Numbered from the stretch's first letter, positions 9,801 through 19,898 are shown. The stretch: 36,103 nucleotides of DNA from Verrucomicrobiota bacterium (GCA_027622665.1 JAQBYT010000037.1:1-36103); one strand, 5' to 3'. A program made the numbers and translations. Notes: generated by a model not told the origin, from the letters alone.

Positions 9801-10658
9801 CTCGACCACTGCCGACTCCGCCCTAGGGAGCCATTTCGCAAAAGGGCGAAGGACCGATGACTCGATAACGATCGAAAAACCTTCGGAGCGCAACAACTCG
9901 CCCAGCATCTCCTCATGCGAAGGATTGGCATAGGAATGAAACAAGGATACCGCAGCTACCTTACTAGTATCGACGGGCAGATTTCGTAGCTGTTTTAGCA
10001 CGTCGTCGAGGTCAATCGGCTCGATCACCTCCCCGTTTCGATCCAGACGCTCGGACACCTCTATCACTTCGCCGTGCAACGGTTCACGCTGCCGAGGGCA
10101 AAGGTCGAATAGCCCAAGACGTCTCTGGTCTCCGATTCGGAGTAGGTCGCGAAAGCCGCGAGTAACAAAAAATACGGGGGAAACTCCCTTACCCTCGAGC
10201 AGGGCATTGGTGCAGCGAGTAGTGGCGAGACGCAAGGAGAGGGTGACGGACGAAACATCGACACCCTCGTTGGCCAAAACCATATTGATTGCCAGGACGG
10301 GAGCCTCCATACCAGAGTCCAGTTCCAGCGGTTCGCCGACTTCGGGAACGAAAGGCAGCGGCTCGGTCAAGGTTAACCTACGGGCATTCGCTTCGTAAGC
10401 GGCAACCTCCACGAGGTTTTCGGGATGACTTGGGAAATGGACGGTAAAACCAACGGGAAAATCATTCGGAGAGTCCCAAGGAGCATCGAGGAGGAGAACA
10501 TCCCGTGTGCAAACTTGAGCCACGGAGGCAGGCAGGCTTCCGCGGGAAAGCGTTTTGTGTCGAACCGTGCGACCATCTGGTGATTCTGCAATACAATCCG
10601 TAAACGTCCCCCCCGTGTCGATGTGGATACGCCACGCCCCATCGGATGAATCAGTCAT
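6897..10658 (-). CDS. oplA: Fused hydantoinase A/B-family protein, probable ATP-dependent 5-oxoprolinase (OPLAH/OplA type)
   Basis: Motifs [66 protein letters not shown] and HMTNT. Start placed at ATG 10658 ([17 protein letters not shown]) to avoid overlap with the upstream gene. The symbol is a family-level call. Confidence 0.85.
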   Translation of the reverse strand: MTDSSDGAWRIHIDTGGTFTDCIAESPDGRTVRHKTLSRGSLPASVAQVCTRDVLLLDAPWDSPNDFPVGFTVHFPSHPENLVEVAAYEANARRLTLTEPLPFVPEVGEPLELDSGMEAPVLAINMVLANEGVDVSSVTLSLRLATTRCTNALLEGKGVSPVFFVTRGFRDLLRIGDQRRLGLFDLCPRQREPLHGEVIEVSERLDRNGEVIEPIDLDDVLKQLRNLPVDTSKVAAVSLFHSYANPSHEEMLGELLRSEGFSIVIESSVLRPFAKWLPRAESAVVEAYLTPVLRQYLDNVSACIDRGALRVMTSAGGLVGKNDYRSVDSLLSGPAGGVVGAATVAERAGLSKIIALDMGGTSADVSRFDGDFDYRDRHEVGSASISAAALKIETVAAGGGSICRVEGDLLCVGPESAGARPGPACYGFGGPLCLTDVNLLLGRLSTEHFASPVFSKDAELRLEEILQGASRSREETLMGFLEVANDAMAGAIRKVSVREGYDPTDYALVAFGGAGGQHACGVAQKLGITRVLSPADAGLLSAYGLSKASLERFAERQILRSIADVDLSPIEEELSGEALDALLRESAGGKVRRKTAFLRFTGQDASLEIDYSDLADLPSLFETRYREVFGYVPKDALIEIVSLRVIASVDVEPDPIENFSSSGSDAQRVEKSSLGLPLHLRDTLMPGDILDGPVLIPDSFGTLFLDAGWRGRLGDLGSVLLERISPSGAQDSNLPGYLGVAARELFANRFLTLVEEMGARLERTALSTNVKERLDFSCALLDAGGRLTANAPHVPVHLGALGLCVREIAATLALEPGDVVVSNHPGFGGSHLPDVTVIAPVHDEEGELFAYVANRAHHAEIGGIRPGSMPPDARNLAEEGVVIPPTYLFRKGESRVDEVARLFREGPWPSRRPEENLADLLAQVASVRFGVERLSELAEQYGALTLGEHMKHLRDRSAGICREFLARHGDAELRAEQRLDDGSIIAVTITIMDSRATFDFTGTSSRHSANLNATAAIVRSALVYVLRVLAEREVPLNEGFLDPVEIILPSDSFLSPVFPDDPADAPAVAGGNVEVSQRLVDTLLLAFGCVACSQGTMNNVVFGDATRSHYETVAGGAGAAIGADGASGVHVHMTNTAITDPEILELRQPVRLERFRLREGSGGSGSWPGGDGVEREYLFEEAMSVSLLTQRRTEGPEGIAGGQSGQPGKQILICADGSREELEPVDKFEAKPGDRLLLLTPGGGGAGQPELLT

Positions 10659-10668
10659 GGAATTATTT

Positions 10669-11112
10669 TCAAGTCGCCGGCGGGCCGTGACGCCAGGACT
10701 CGAGGAAGTCGAGGTAGTCCTCAGGCAGGCCGATTTGGCGTGCACCTTCGATTACTATGTTTGCATAGGTTGCCGAAGGGGTGCCGGGGATCTCGTTGGC
10801 GGCACGGTAGGCGATGGACTGAACAGCTTCTTCGGAGTCGAGATGGATAACTTCGCAATCCACGCGTCGGTAAAAGCCTCCGGCGACTCCCTCGTAGCGA
10901 TCGAGAGCCCCCCAGTGCTCTTCGGATAGTTCCCAGAGGCAACCGAGGGTCTCGGCATCGGGATCGTCGAGGGCGGTGACGTAACCCCGTTGGTTGATGA
11001 GGTAACGCCAACCGGTTATTCGGACGAGGCCGACCATGCTGGCGCCGGGGCAACGCAAGGCCATTTGCTCGAGGTTCATGTTGGAACCATAGGCGAAATA
11101 GGGTAAGTCCAT
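10669..11112 (-). CDS. Gamma-glutamylcyclotransferase (GGCT/AIG2-like) family protein
   Basis: N-terminal YFAYGSNM, LDRYEG with the catalytic Glu, and PS..Y...IEGA...GLPEDY; ends 10 nt upstream of the oxoprolinase start. Confidence 0.9.
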   Translation of the reverse strand: MDLPYFAYGSNMNLEQMALRCPGASMVGLVRITGWRYLINQRGYVTALDDPDAETLGCLWELSEEHWGALDRYEGVAGGFYRRVDCEVIHLDSEEAVQSIAYRAANEIPGTPSATYANIVIEGARQIGLPEDYLDFLESWRHGPPAT

Positions 11113-11177
11113 GAGCTCTCAATGGTGAGTGAGGAAGCAAGCTTGGCAACGGGAAAAGAAACTGGAACCGTTTCCGC

Positions 11178-11370
11178 TTGAACTGAAACCGAAAATCGCC
11201 ATGATTCATCGACTAGCGTTAGAGACCCCCGATTTCAGGATGTCTCCTCGGTGATCCTCGAACCAACCCGAAACAGGCAGGAACGAGACGCAACGGCGCC
11301 CCTGGCTTCGGCTAAGGTGCGGTTTTGCAAGGGCAAAACCCAAGTACCGAGAAATCAGAAAAAATAAATC
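11178..11370 (+). promoter_or_regulatory. Putative rpsO promoter and structured 5' leader
   Basis: TTGAAC (11178) followed by CATGAT (11200). Stems: gagac/gtctc; ctcggt (11247-52)/accgag (11346-51); gcgcc/ggtgc around a UUCG hairpin; ggttttgc-aagg-gcaaaacc. Confidence 0.5.
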
Positions 11371-11637
11371 ATGTCCGAATACGTCGACAAAAAAAACATA
11401 ATAGAGGAAAACCGAGTCCATGAAAAGGACACGGGCTCAAGCGAAGTGCAAATCGCCTTGCTTTCCAAACGCATCGCCCACCTGACTGAGCACCTAAAGG
11501 CCCACCGAAAGGATTTCCATTCCAGACGGGGCTTACTCATGATGGCGGCGAGGAGAAGAAAGCTGCTCGATTACCTAAAGCGCAAAAACCTCGACCAATA
11601 CCTAGCCATCGTTCAAAAGTTGAGCCTTCGCCGCTAA
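11371..11637 (+). CDS. rpsO: 30S ribosomal protein S15
   Basis: [27 protein letters not shown] and RRRKLLDYL motifs; conserved rpsO-pnp order. Confidence 0.98.
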   Translation: MSEYVDKKNIIEENRVHEKDTGSSEVQIALLSKRIAHLTEHLKAHRKDFHSRRGLLMMAARRRKLLDYLKRKNLDQYLAIVQKLSLRR

Positions 11638-11650
11638 AGGTAAGCGCTCG

Positions 11651-11760
11651 ACGCCCCCCTTTCGCCAACCATCGCCGCAAGGCAGCACTGGTTGGTCATG
11701 CACGAGACGAATCCACGCCAACCCGGTGCAGGCATTGACCAAAGCCATTCGCGAAGGCGT
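11651..11760 (+). promoter_or_regulatory. Structured rpsO-pnp intergenic RNA (pnp leader)
   Basis: Outer stem acgcc..ttcgc/gcgaaggcgt; inner ccaacca/tggttgg with a gcc-GCAA-ggc hairpin; alternative pairing ttggtca/tgaccaa. Confidence 0.45.
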
Positions 11761-11837
11761 ACGAATATTTTCAGACGACAGACAGAAGTTCGACAGACGC
11801 AATAGATAAAACCTAACAAAGAAGAAGTAAAAAGAAG

Positions 11838-14144
11838 ATGAATCAAAAGCATAACGTCACCGCCGAAAAACTCGGCATCACCCTATCCTCCGGCACATTG
11901 GCCGGTCTAGCTGGAGGAGCCGTGACCATAAGTCTCGGTGAAACCGTTCTTTTCGTATCGGCCACGGCCGCCTCAACCTTACGCCCCGACCAAAGTTGGT
12001 TTCCACTCACGGTCGACTATCGGGAAAAATTCACTTCCGCGGGACGATTCCCAGGTGGTTACTTCAAGCGCGAAGGTCGCCCAAGCGAAAAAGAGATTTT
12101 GACCTCACGTCTATGCGACCGTCCCCTGCGACCACTTTTCCCTAAGGGATTCCTGAATGAAGTACAGGTAATCGGATTTCTGCTTTCCACGGACCAGATA
12201 AACGAAGCCGACATCCTGATGGTGAACGGCGCTTCCGCCGCCCTTATGATTTCCGACATTCCCTGGAACGGTCCCGTAGGCTGCATACGCCTCGGAGAAG
12301 TGGACGGAGAGTTCGTGGTCAACCCGACCAACGAGCAAATGTTCGACTCGACTTTGGATTTGGTCTACGTCGGCAACGAAAAAGAAATGATGATGATCGA
12401 GGGATCCGCCGACCAGATGGCCGAAGATCGCTTTGTCGAGGCCTTGGAATACGCCCATGACGCCATTCAGGAAATAATCGCCGCTCAACGCGAACTAGCC
12501 GCGCTATGCGGAAAGAAAAAGAAAGAGTTCGAACTCATCGTTGCTCCCGATGCCGTGCTCGACATCTGCAGGGAAATTACGGGGGACCGTATGCAGGAAG
12601 CGATTTTCGCCGACTCGAAACAGGAACGCGAAGTAGCGGTTAGCGGAATCAAAGATGAAGCCCGCGCAGCTTGCGAGGAACGCCTCGGCGACGACTACGA
12701 CAAGAACCATGTGAGTATGGCCTTCGAAACCATTCAGGAAGAGGTCTATCGCGACAACATTCTGGAACGCGGCAAGCGAGCCGACGGTCGGGCCCCCGGC
12801 GACCTTCGTAAAGTGACCTGTGAAACGGGCGTTGTGCCGCGTGTACACGGCTCGGCCCTGTTCACCCGTGGCGAAACGCAGGCTCTGGTCCTCACCACGC
12901 TCGGCACTAGCCGAGATGTTCAGGACTTAGACGGCTTGACGGGCGGAGCCGCCTCCAAATCGTTCCTCCTGCACTACAACTTCCCTCCGTTTTCAGTCGG
13001 TGAAGCAGGCCGCTACGGCTTTACCAGCCGTCGTGAGATAGGTCATGGCGCTCTCGCCGAACGCTCCGTGCTGCCGGTGTTGCCGCTAGAGGATGAATTC
13101 CCCTATGCCATCCGATTGGTTTCGGAAGTGATGTCTTCCAACGGCTCGACCTCCATGGCCAGCGTATGCGGAGGCTCTCTCGCCTTGATGGATGCGGGCG
13201 TGCCAATAACGGAACACGTCGCGGGAATATCCACAGGACTCGTTTCCAAAAGCGATGATGACGGAAACATCTCCAAGTACGTCATCCTCACCGACATCAT
13301 CGGGGCTGAAGACCATTTCGGCGACATGGACTTCAAGGTATGCGGTACCCGCAAGGGTGTAACCGGCTTCCAGTTGGACCTCAAGATTCACGGTCTGCCC
13401 TTCTCCATCGCGAAGGAAGCCGTAATCCAGGTGACCAAGGCGCGGCACGAAATTCTAGACGTAATGGAAGCCTCGCAACCCAGCCACCGAAAAGAATTGC
13501 GCGAGTATGCCCCGCAAATCGAGGTCATGCAGATAGATCCCGAGAAAATCGGTGCCCTCATCGGTCCCGGCGGCAAGAATATCCGCCGCATCACGGAGGT
13601 CACGGGAGCCAACATCGACATCGACGACGACAACAGCGGCAAGGTTCGCGTTTACGCCAAAAACCGCGAAGCCATGGAACGAGCCAAGCAAGAGATTGAC
13701 GTCGTCACCGGCGAAATCGAAGCGGGCAAGATTTATCGCGGCATCGTTCGCGGCGTGAAGGACTTCGGCGCCTTTGTCGAATGTTTGCCCGGCAAGGAAG
13801 GACTCGTCCACATTTCCGAGCTGGCCGACTTTCGAGTCAACAGGACCGAAGACATTTGCAAACTGGGAGACGAAATCATCGTGAAGTGCATCGGCATCGA
13901 CGAACGCGGTCGCGTAAAGCTAAGCCGCCGAGCCGCCATGGAGGAACAGCAGCAATCGGCGGAGAAGGAAGAGGAAGCAACAACTCCCGCGACCAAAGCC
14001 ACGGATAATGCTGAGACCTCAGAGACTCCGAGCGATTCCGTCGAGGAAACAGTCGCTGAAGCAGCTACCGACGATTCCGTGAAAGAAGCTACTGCCGAGG
14101 CATCCACCGACGATTCCGAAGAGGAAACGAGCAAGGAATCCTAA
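11838..14144 (+). CDS. pnp: Polyribonucleotide nucleotidyltransferase (PNPase) with acidic C-terminal extension
   Basis: [51 protein letters not shown] domain ([12 protein letters not shown]) and S1 domain ([14 protein letters not shown]). Confidence 0.98.
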   Translation: MNQKHNVTAEKLGITLSSGTLAGLAGGAVTISLGETVLFVSATAASTLRPDQSWFPLTVDYREKFTSAGRFPGGYFKREGRPSEKEILTSRLCDRPLRPLFPKGFLNEVQVIGFLLSTDQINEADILMVNGASAALMISDIPWNGPVGCIRLGEVDGEFVVNPTNEQMFDSTLDLVYVGNEKEMMMIEGSADQMAEDRFVEALEYAHDAIQEIIAAQRELAALCGKKKKEFELIVAPDAVLDICREITGDRMQEAIFADSKQEREVAVSGIKDEARAACEERLGDDYDKNHVSMAFETIQEEVYRDNILERGKRADGRAPGDLRKVTCETGVVPRVHGSALFTRGETQALVLTTLGTSRDVQDLDGLTGGAASKSFLLHYNFPPFSVGEAGRYGFTSRREIGHGALAERSVLPVLPLEDEFPYAIRLVSEVMSSNGSTSMASVCGGSLALMDAGVPITEHVAGISTGLVSKSDDDGNISKYVILTDIIGAEDHFGDMDFKVCGTRKGVTGFQLDLKIHGLPFSIAKEAVIQVTKARHEILDVMEASQPSHRKELREYAPQIEVMQIDPEKIGALIGPGGKNIRRITEVTGANIDIDDDNSGKVRVYAKNREAMERAKQEIDVVTGEIEAGKIYRGIVRGVKDFGAFVECLPGKEGLVHISELADFRVNRTEDICKLGDEIIVKCIGIDERGRVKLSRRAAMEEQQQSAEKEEEATTPATKATDNAETSETPSDSVEETVAEAATDDSVKEATAEASTDDSEEETSKES

Positions 14145-14245
14145 GTTGGCTTACCGGCAAGACCCGACTCGCATCCACTGACTCAGGGGAAAGTGCGGAT
14201 CGGAGCTTGAACCATCGCATTAATTACCAGCACACCTTTTCGGAT

Positions 14246-14277
14246 GAGCGACTTCGCTAAAATCAGCGGAGTCGCTC
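14246..14277. other. 13-bp intergenic hairpin between pnp and surE (possible terminator or mRNA stabiliser; no U-tract)
   Basis: gagcgacttcgct-aaaatc-agcggagtcgctc, with one G-U pair. Confidence 0.5.
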
Positions 14278-14302
14278 GCCGGCTAAACCAGGTTTCCATT
14301 AC

Positions 14303-15097
14303 GTGAGCGAGCGACCACTTGCACTCATCTCCAACGACGATGGTTTCGACTCGGTGTTCCTTCGTGAACTGACGAAAGCCGCAGAGGAACTGTTCGAGAT
14401 AGTCGTCTGTGCTCCCGCAGAGGAACAGAGCTGGATCGGCCATGCGATAAGTCGGCATCGGCGGCTTGTACCCGAAGCAGTCGAGGGGTTCCCCGGATCC
14501 GCCTTCAAGCTAAACGGCACGCCCGCAGATTGCGTAAACTTCGCTCTAGGACACCTTATGCCTCGCGAACCAGACGTCGTGATTTCAGGTATAAACTTGG
14601 GCTACAACGTAACCCTTCCGATGGTTCTATCCTCGGGCACGGTAGGAGCTGCACTGGAGGGAGCCTTGCACGGGATTCGATCCGTTGCTTCGAGCATGGC
14701 CTTGCCCGTTGAAGAGTTCGACCAGATACGCGAAAGCAAGGGCCAGGTTTCCGGGGGACTCCTAGAATCGCTGCGAGAAAGTGCCAGACGAAGTGCGATG
14801 CACGCCCTCTCCCTTTGCGAAAAGCCTGCGGAAAGCGAATTGGTGGTCCACAACCTGAATTTCCCCGACAACACATCAGGCCAAACGGAACTCGTAGATG
14901 CCTTTCCCGACAACCTGCGACTGGGCAGTCTTTTCCAGCCCATGGTGGATGGCAACGGCTTCGGTCTTGTCTACAGAACGGAATGGCTGGACATCACCAC
15001 TCCGACCGAAGGTTCGGATTTAGCCGCCCTGCGAAACTCGCAAGCAAGCGCCGCCCGCTTGAACTTTTCCGGGATTCGGACGAAACAATTACCTTGA
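14303..15097 (+). CDS. surE: 5'/3'-nucleotidase SurE
   Basis: LISNDDG, APAEEQS, GTPADCV, PDVVISGINLG.N and SGTVGAALEG; GTG start. Confidence 0.95.
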   Translation: MSERPLALISNDDGFDSVFLRELTKAAEELFEIVVCAPAEEQSWIGHAISRHRRLVPEAVEGFPGSAFKLNGTPADCVNFALGHLMPREPDVVISGINLGYNVTLPMVLSSGTVGAALEGALHGIRSVASSMALPVEEFDQIRESKGQVSGGLLESLRESARRSAMHALSLCEKPAESELVVHNLNFPDNTSGQTELVDAFPDNLRLGSLFQPMVDGNGFGLVYRTEWLDITTPTEGSDLAALRNSQASAARLNFSGIRTKQLP

Positions 15098-15133
15098 GAG
15101 AAAGAAGGATCTCATTATTTCCTTTTCTTGATC

Positions 15134-15394
15134 ATGCTTCACAAATTTTTTCAGTGGCGTTATCGGAGAACTCGCCCTGTGTCCAACCCGATCTACAGGA
15201 AAATCGACTCGCGTTCCAAAGATCGGGATTTGATCCACTACTTCCATGATTTTGGCGACGACAACTCCGGCAACACCCAAAGCTCCCACTGGCTACTCAA
15301 AGGCTGCTCAAAGATTTTCTTTGTCTTGGCCATTTTTGTATTTGCCTCCTGGTTCGCCTACGAAAGTTATCACGGATTACTTATTTACGATTGA
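15134..15394 (+). CDS. Small hypothetical membrane protein
   Basis: ORF fills the surE-rpmI gap; basic N-terminus and one C-terminal hydrophobic segment (IFFVLAIFVFASWFAY). Start is ATG 15134 or TTG 15128. Confidence 0.55.
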   Translation: MLHKFFQWRYRRTRPVSNPIYRKIDSRSKDRDLIHYFHDFGDDNSGNTQSSHWLLKGCSKIFFVLAIFVFASWFAYESYHGLLIYD

Positions 15395-15474
15395 ACAAAA
15401 TAAGGCATTTGGCTTGCCGTTGGGTGAAAAATCTGTTGTTTTTTTTTTCTTTTGCTCTAATTCACTGTAATCAG

Positions 15475-15660
15475 ATGAGAAAGACACACAAAGGCATAGC
15501 CAAACGCTTCAAAGTAACCGGAACCGGAAAAGTAACGCACCGTAAGCCCGGCCAACGTCACTTGCGCCGCAAACGCACGGTCAAGCAAATGCGGGCGGGT
15601 CGCCAAGATCAATCCCTTGCGAAGGGGATGGCTCGCCGCGTGATCGAGGCGCTCGGTTAA
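15475..15660 (+). CDS. rpmI: 50S ribosomal protein L35
   Basis: MRKTHKGIAKRFKVTGTGKV...RHL; ATG at 15475 (the track's start at 15391 is too far upstream); directly before rplT. Confidence 0.96.
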   Translation: MRKTHKGIAKRFKVTGTGKVTHRKPGQRHLRRKRTVKQMRAGRQDQSLAKGMARRVIEALG

Positions 15661-15705
15661 GTACAACCGTTTTTATCCATTTAAGCCTTTCAAGACTAAC
15701 AAACC

Positions 15706-16065
15706 ATGCCAAGAGCACGCAACGTCCCCGCCACCCGTAAACGCCGCAAAAAGGTTTTAAAGAAAGCCAAGGGTTACTTCGGCAACAAATCCCGCCTCTA
15801 TCGCTATGCGAAGGATGCAGTGGAACACGCTGAAAGATACGCCTATCGCGACCGCAAGAAAAAGAAGTCGGAATTCCGTACACTTTGGATTATTCGCATC
15901 AACGCCGCCTGCCGAGCCGAAGGCTTGCGCTACGGTCAATTCATCGACGGCTTGACACAGCTCGGCATACTCCTCAACCGCAAGGTGCTTTCGGAACTCG
16001 CCATCCATGACCCTGATGCGTTCAAGGAATTGGTGGTGAAGGCCAAAGCTGCCTTGGAAGCCTAG
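15706..16065 (+). CDS. rplT: 50S ribosomal protein L20
   Basis: KKVLKKAKGYFG, YAYRDRKKKK..FRTLWIIRINAA and LNRKVLSELA. Confidence 0.98.
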   Translation: MPRARNVPATRKRRKKVLKKAKGYFGNKSRLYRYAKDAVEHAERYAYRDRKKKKSEFRTLWIIRINAACRAEGLRYGQFIDGLTQLGILLNRKVLSELAIHDPDAFKELVVKAKAALEA

Positions 16066-16088
16066 GCGACTAGGTCTCCTCTCTCGGC

Positions 16089-17126
16089 GTGGAGGAACAA
16101 CTCCAAGCCATTTTAGCGGAAACGGAATCCGCTTTGGCTGCAGTTGAAGCAAGGTTTCAACTGGACCAAGTCAAGGCTATCATCCTCGGCGGGAATGGAA
16201 AACTAACGGCCCTGATGAAGGGAATTGCATCCGTAGCTAAGGAAGAACGTCCCGCTTTCGGGCAAGCCGTAAACAAGACCAAGAAACAGATCGAGAATCT
16301 CTTGGCCCAAACTGCATCAATTCTGGATAATGCCGAGGACGCCGCCGCTTTGGGAAAGACCGCGGACGTATCCTTGCCCCCTTCGGGAAACTATGTCGGT
16401 GGCTTACACCCGCTCACTCAAGTAAAGCGGCGCATAACTTCGATCTTTCGCCAAATAGGATTTACCGTGGCTGAAGCCACCGAGGTAGAAACCGAGTGGT
16501 TCTGCTTCGATGCCCTCAACACGCCCGAAGACCATCCGGCCAGGGACGAGCAAGACACGCTCTATTTCCCCAAGGCTTCCCGTTTCGGCAACGTCTCGAA
16601 AAAGAGCGACGAAGCCTATGTGCTCCGAACGCACACCTCCTCCGTGCAAATCCGGACCATGCTCAAGGAAAAGCCTCCCATAAGAGTTATTGCGCCAGGC
16701 CGCTGCTTTCGCCGCGATACCGTAGATGCCACCCACAGCGCCAACTTTCACCAAGTCGAAGGTCTCTACGTCGACACAAAGGTTACCATCCGCGACCTCA
16801 AGGCCGTACTGGACCACCTGCTCAGGGAACTGTTCGGCAAGGAGGTGAAGACTCGCTTGCGACCCAGTTTCTTTCCTTTCACCGAACCCAGTTTCGAAGT
16901 CGACTTATTTTCCAGCAACCTCGGTCGCCTAAGCAACAAATGGATCGAGATCATGGGCTGCGGCATGGTCGACCCCAAGGTGTTCGACAACGTCGGCATC
17001 GATCCCGAGGAGTGGAGCGGATTCGCGTTTGGCCTCGGCATCGAGCGTGTCGCCATGATGCTGCACGGCATAGACGACATTCGCCACTTCTACCAAAACG
17101 ACCTTCGGTTCCTTTCGCAGTTCTAG
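16089..17126 (+). CDS. pheS: Phenylalanine--tRNA ligase alpha subunit
   Basis: G.LHPL, FDALNTPEDHPARD.QDT, LRTHTS, DATHS..FHQVEG, FPFTEPS, GCGMV and GFAFGLGIER. Confidence 0.98.
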   Translation: MEEQLQAILAETESALAAVEARFQLDQVKAIILGGNGKLTALMKGIASVAKEERPAFGQAVNKTKKQIENLLAQTASILDNAEDAAALGKTADVSLPPSGNYVGGLHPLTQVKRRITSIFRQIGFTVAEATEVETEWFCFDALNTPEDHPARDEQDTLYFPKASRFGNVSKKSDEAYVLRTHTSSVQIRTMLKEKPPIRVIAPGRCFRRDTVDATHSANFHQVEGLYVDTKVTIRDLKAVLDHLLRELFGKEVKTRLRPSFFPFTEPSFEVDLFSSNLGRLSNKWIEIMGCGMVDPKVFDNVGIDPEEWSGFAFGLGIERVAMMLHGIDDIRHFYQNDLRFLSQF

Positions 17127-17132
17127 AAGACA

Positions 17133-19568
17133 ATGAAAGTCAGCATAGAATGGCTCAAGGATTACGTCGAAGTGGATGCCTCGACGGAAGAGCTCGTGGA
17201 CGTATTCCCCATGCTCGGCATGGAAGTCGAAGGCGTTGAGGGCGGCGGACCAGCCGACATGGACAAGGTGGTCGTGGGCGAAGTGCTGACTCGCAATCGA
17301 CATCCTGAGGCCGATCGCCTGAGCGTTTGCACGGTAAACGTCGGGGAAGGGCAGCCCGAAGCCAACATCGTATGCGGCGCATCAAACTTTCAACCGGGGG
17401 ATCGCGTACTGGTGGCTCTTCCTGGAGCGAAACTGCCCGGTGGCTTCAAAATCAAGAAGTCAAAGCTCCGGGGGGTTACCTCCGAGGGCATGATGTGCAG
17501 CGCAAAAGAATTGAACCTAGGCGAAGATCACGACGGACTTCTCATTCTTGCCCATCGTCCCGAAGTGGGCCTACCCATCAAGGAGGCGTTCGCCGACACC
17601 GATGTTACCTTTGACCTAGAGCTCACCGCGAACCGGGGTGACTGCCTGAGCCACCTCGGCGTGGCCCGAGAATTGGCTGCACACTATAGTCGTAAAATTC
17701 AATTCCCCGAGCTCAAATCGGATGCTCAGACCGTCTCCGAGCCATCGACCGACAACCTGCTGAGGAAGGTTTCCATCGAGTCCGAAAATTGTAAATTGTA
17801 TCTCGCTTGGACCATCAAGGGCTTGAAGATCGGGCCGAGCCCGGAATGGATGAAACGGCGCCTCGAAGCCGTCGGCCTTCGCCCCATCAACAACGTGGTG
17901 GACGTCACCAACTACGTTCTCATGGAAACGGGAAACCCGCTGCACGCTTTCGACGCCAAGAAAATCTGCGGCAACGAAATTCGGGTACGCAACGCAACGG
18001 AGGGAGAAGCAATCAAGACCTTGGACGAGGTCGACCGCAAGCTCGACGAGTCGATGATGGTGATCGCGGACGCGGAAAAGCCATTGGTCGTCGCCGGAGT
18101 TATGGGCAGCCTGGATGCCGGAGTGGACGAAAACACCACCGATATCGTGCTGGAAGCCGCATGGTTCTCTCCCGGAAACATTCGGGCTACGGCTAGAAAA
18201 CTCAACTTGAGCACGGATAGCTCCTATCGCTTCGTCCGCGACGTTGATCCTCAGCTGACGCGTTATTCGGCTCGGCGAGCCATCGACCTAATTCTCGAGA
18301 CTGCTGGCGGCGAACTCGTCCCAGAAGAAATCAAGGTGGGGGATCCTCCACGGGGAGACCGTACAATAGAAATCGCACCGGATTTTGTTCGTTCAACCTG
18401 TGGCTACGAAGTGACCAACGAACAACTAGCGAATGCGTGGAGCCGACTCGGGTTCACCATCGAAAAGGGTGAACGGTGGAAAGTCTTGGTACCTAGTTTT
18501 CGCGCCGAGGTGGATCGACCGATCGATCTGGTCGAGGAATTCGTCCGCATTCACGGAACAACCGAGATTCCCGAAGCAAGAGTAGTGTGCGAAGCCGTTT
18601 CTCGCCACGACGCCGCCCAATTCACCTTTTCCGAAAAAGCGGTCGATGCTCTAGTCGGGCTAGGCTTCCGCGAATGTTGCCATTACAGTTTGCGGGACGG
18701 AAAGGAAATCGAGGCATGGGCCGACCAAGCCACCGTCGATGCCCTGACCCTCGCCAATCCACTAACCGCCGAACACACGCACCTTCGATCTTCCCTGCTG
18801 CCGGGCCTATTGGAAACGCTCGCCCACAACCAGCGCAACCACAATGACCTGCGTCGAGTGTTCGAGTCGGGTCGCGTCCTTCGACCGGGCCCAAAAGGCA
18901 CGACCGAACTGCAAAGCGTAGCGTTCGCCATATTGACGAAACCCATTGCTCGAGAATGGGATACCGAGCTTGCCCCCGATTTCCACGAGGCCAAGCTCAT
19001 TGCCAATCGCCTTCTCGCGGCAACGGGAATCATCATGCCGAAAGGTGGACTCCGATCACTTGAAGGCTCCTCGGCATGGCAGCAAGGTCATGTCGCCTCC
19101 GCCGGCGACGTGCACCAAAACCGGGTCGAGCTAACCGTCGGGTTCTGCAAACTTTCCTTGTCGCGGGACAAAGGTGTGAATGGGCCCGTCCTTGCCTGCG
19201 AGTTGCTGGTGGATCCCGTGATGCTCCGTCAAAAGGTGAAACCCGTGAAGTTCCGGTCCTTTGGCTCTTTTCCTCCCGCCCTCAAGGACCTCGCCCTCGT
19301 CGTGGACGAGAATGTCCCCGCCGAAGACGTTCGCCTAGCCGTGGAGACGGCGGCCGTGCAAGCTGCGGACAAGAAGTTTGTCGTCGATCCCGTGACCATT
19401 TTCGACGTATTCGAGGGAACAGGACTGGGGGAAGGGAAGAAAAGCGTGGCCTGCGCCATCCGCTTCCGGTCCGACGAACGCACACTCGAAGACAAAGACG
19501 TGAACGCCGCCTTTGACGAAACCCAACGAATACTCGCCGAAACCACCGATTACGCCCTACGCTCCTAA
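17133..19568 (+). CDS. pheT: Phenylalanine--tRNA ligase beta subunit
   Basis: HPEADRL, IVCGA.N, LRGV.SEGMMCS, ANRGDCLS..GVARE, RPINNVVDVTNY, PLHAFD and a C-terminal FDX-ACB domain. Confidence 0.98.
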   Translation: MKVSIEWLKDYVEVDASTEELVDVFPMLGMEVEGVEGGGPADMDKVVVGEVLTRNRHPEADRLSVCTVNVGEGQPEANIVCGASNFQPGDRVLVALPGAKLPGGFKIKKSKLRGVTSEGMMCSAKELNLGEDHDGLLILAHRPEVGLPIKEAFADTDVTFDLELTANRGDCLSHLGVARELAAHYSRKIQFPELKSDAQTVSEPSTDNLLRKVSIESENCKLYLAWTIKGLKIGPSPEWMKRRLEAVGLRPINNVVDVTNYVLMETGNPLHAFDAKKICGNEIRVRNATEGEAIKTLDEVDRKLDESMMVIADAEKPLVVAGVMGSLDAGVDENTTDIVLEAAWFSPGNIRATARKLNLSTDSSYRFVRDVDPQLTRYSARRAIDLILETAGGELVPEEIKVGDPPRGDRTIEIAPDFVRSTCGYEVTNEQLANAWSRLGFTIEKGERWKVLVPSFRAEVDRPIDLVEEFVRIHGTTEIPEARVVCEAVSRHDAAQFTFSEKAVDALVGLGFRECCHYSLRDGKEIEAWADQATVDALTLANPLTAEHTHLRSSLLPGLLETLAHNQRNHNDLRRVFESGRVLRPGPKGTTELQSVAFAILTKPIAREWDTELAPDFHEAKLIANRLLAATGIIMPKGGLRSLEGSSAWQQGHVASAGDVHQNRVELTVGFCKLSLSRDKGVNGPVLACELLVDPVMLRQKVKPVKFRSFGSFPPALKDLALVVDENVPAEDVRLAVETAAVQAADKKFVVDPVTIFDVFEGTGLGEGKKSVACAIRFRSDERTLEDKDVNAAFDETQRILAETTDYALRS

Positions 19569-19589
19569 ATTCCTTTAAACGACATCACC

Positions 19590-19883
19590 ATGGGCGAATC
19601 ACAAGAAATGGACATCGGCTACGTAGCCAACCTCGCGCGGATCGAACTGAGCGAAGAGGAAAAGGAAAAATTCCGTGGTCAGTTTGGGGATATCCTCAAG
19701 TACTTCGACCGGCTCAGCGAAGTAGACGTCGAGGGTGTCGAGCCCACCGCTCACGCATTTCCCCGACACAACGTCTGGGACCAAGATGAAGCTCGACCCG
19801 GGTTTTCCGCCGAGGAAGCCCTCGCCAACGCACCCGCCCAACGCCTGGACCAAGTGGTGGTACCAAAGGTAATCGAGGAATAA
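19590..19883 (+). CDS. gatC: Asp/Glu-tRNA amidotransferase subunit C
   Basis: VANLARIEL, L.EVDVEGVEPT and ALANAP...VVPKVIE; precedes gatA and gatB. Confidence 0.95.
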   Translation: MGESQEMDIGYVANLARIELSEEEKEKFRGQFGDILKYFDRLSEVDVEGVEPTAHAFPRHNVWDQDEARPGFSAEEALANAPAQRLDQVVVPKVIEE

Positions 19884-19898
19884 TCCTCACTGCTTGCC

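Noticed and set aside
10659..10745. ORF-track N-terminal extension of the oxoprolinase
   Set aside because: It overlaps the GGCT gene and is not family-like; ATG 10658 fits the spacing.
15439..15453. T-run as a Rho-independent terminator or phase-variation tract
   Set aside because: There is no preceding stem, it lies in the probable rpmI promoter region, and the sequence alone gives no evidence of length variation.
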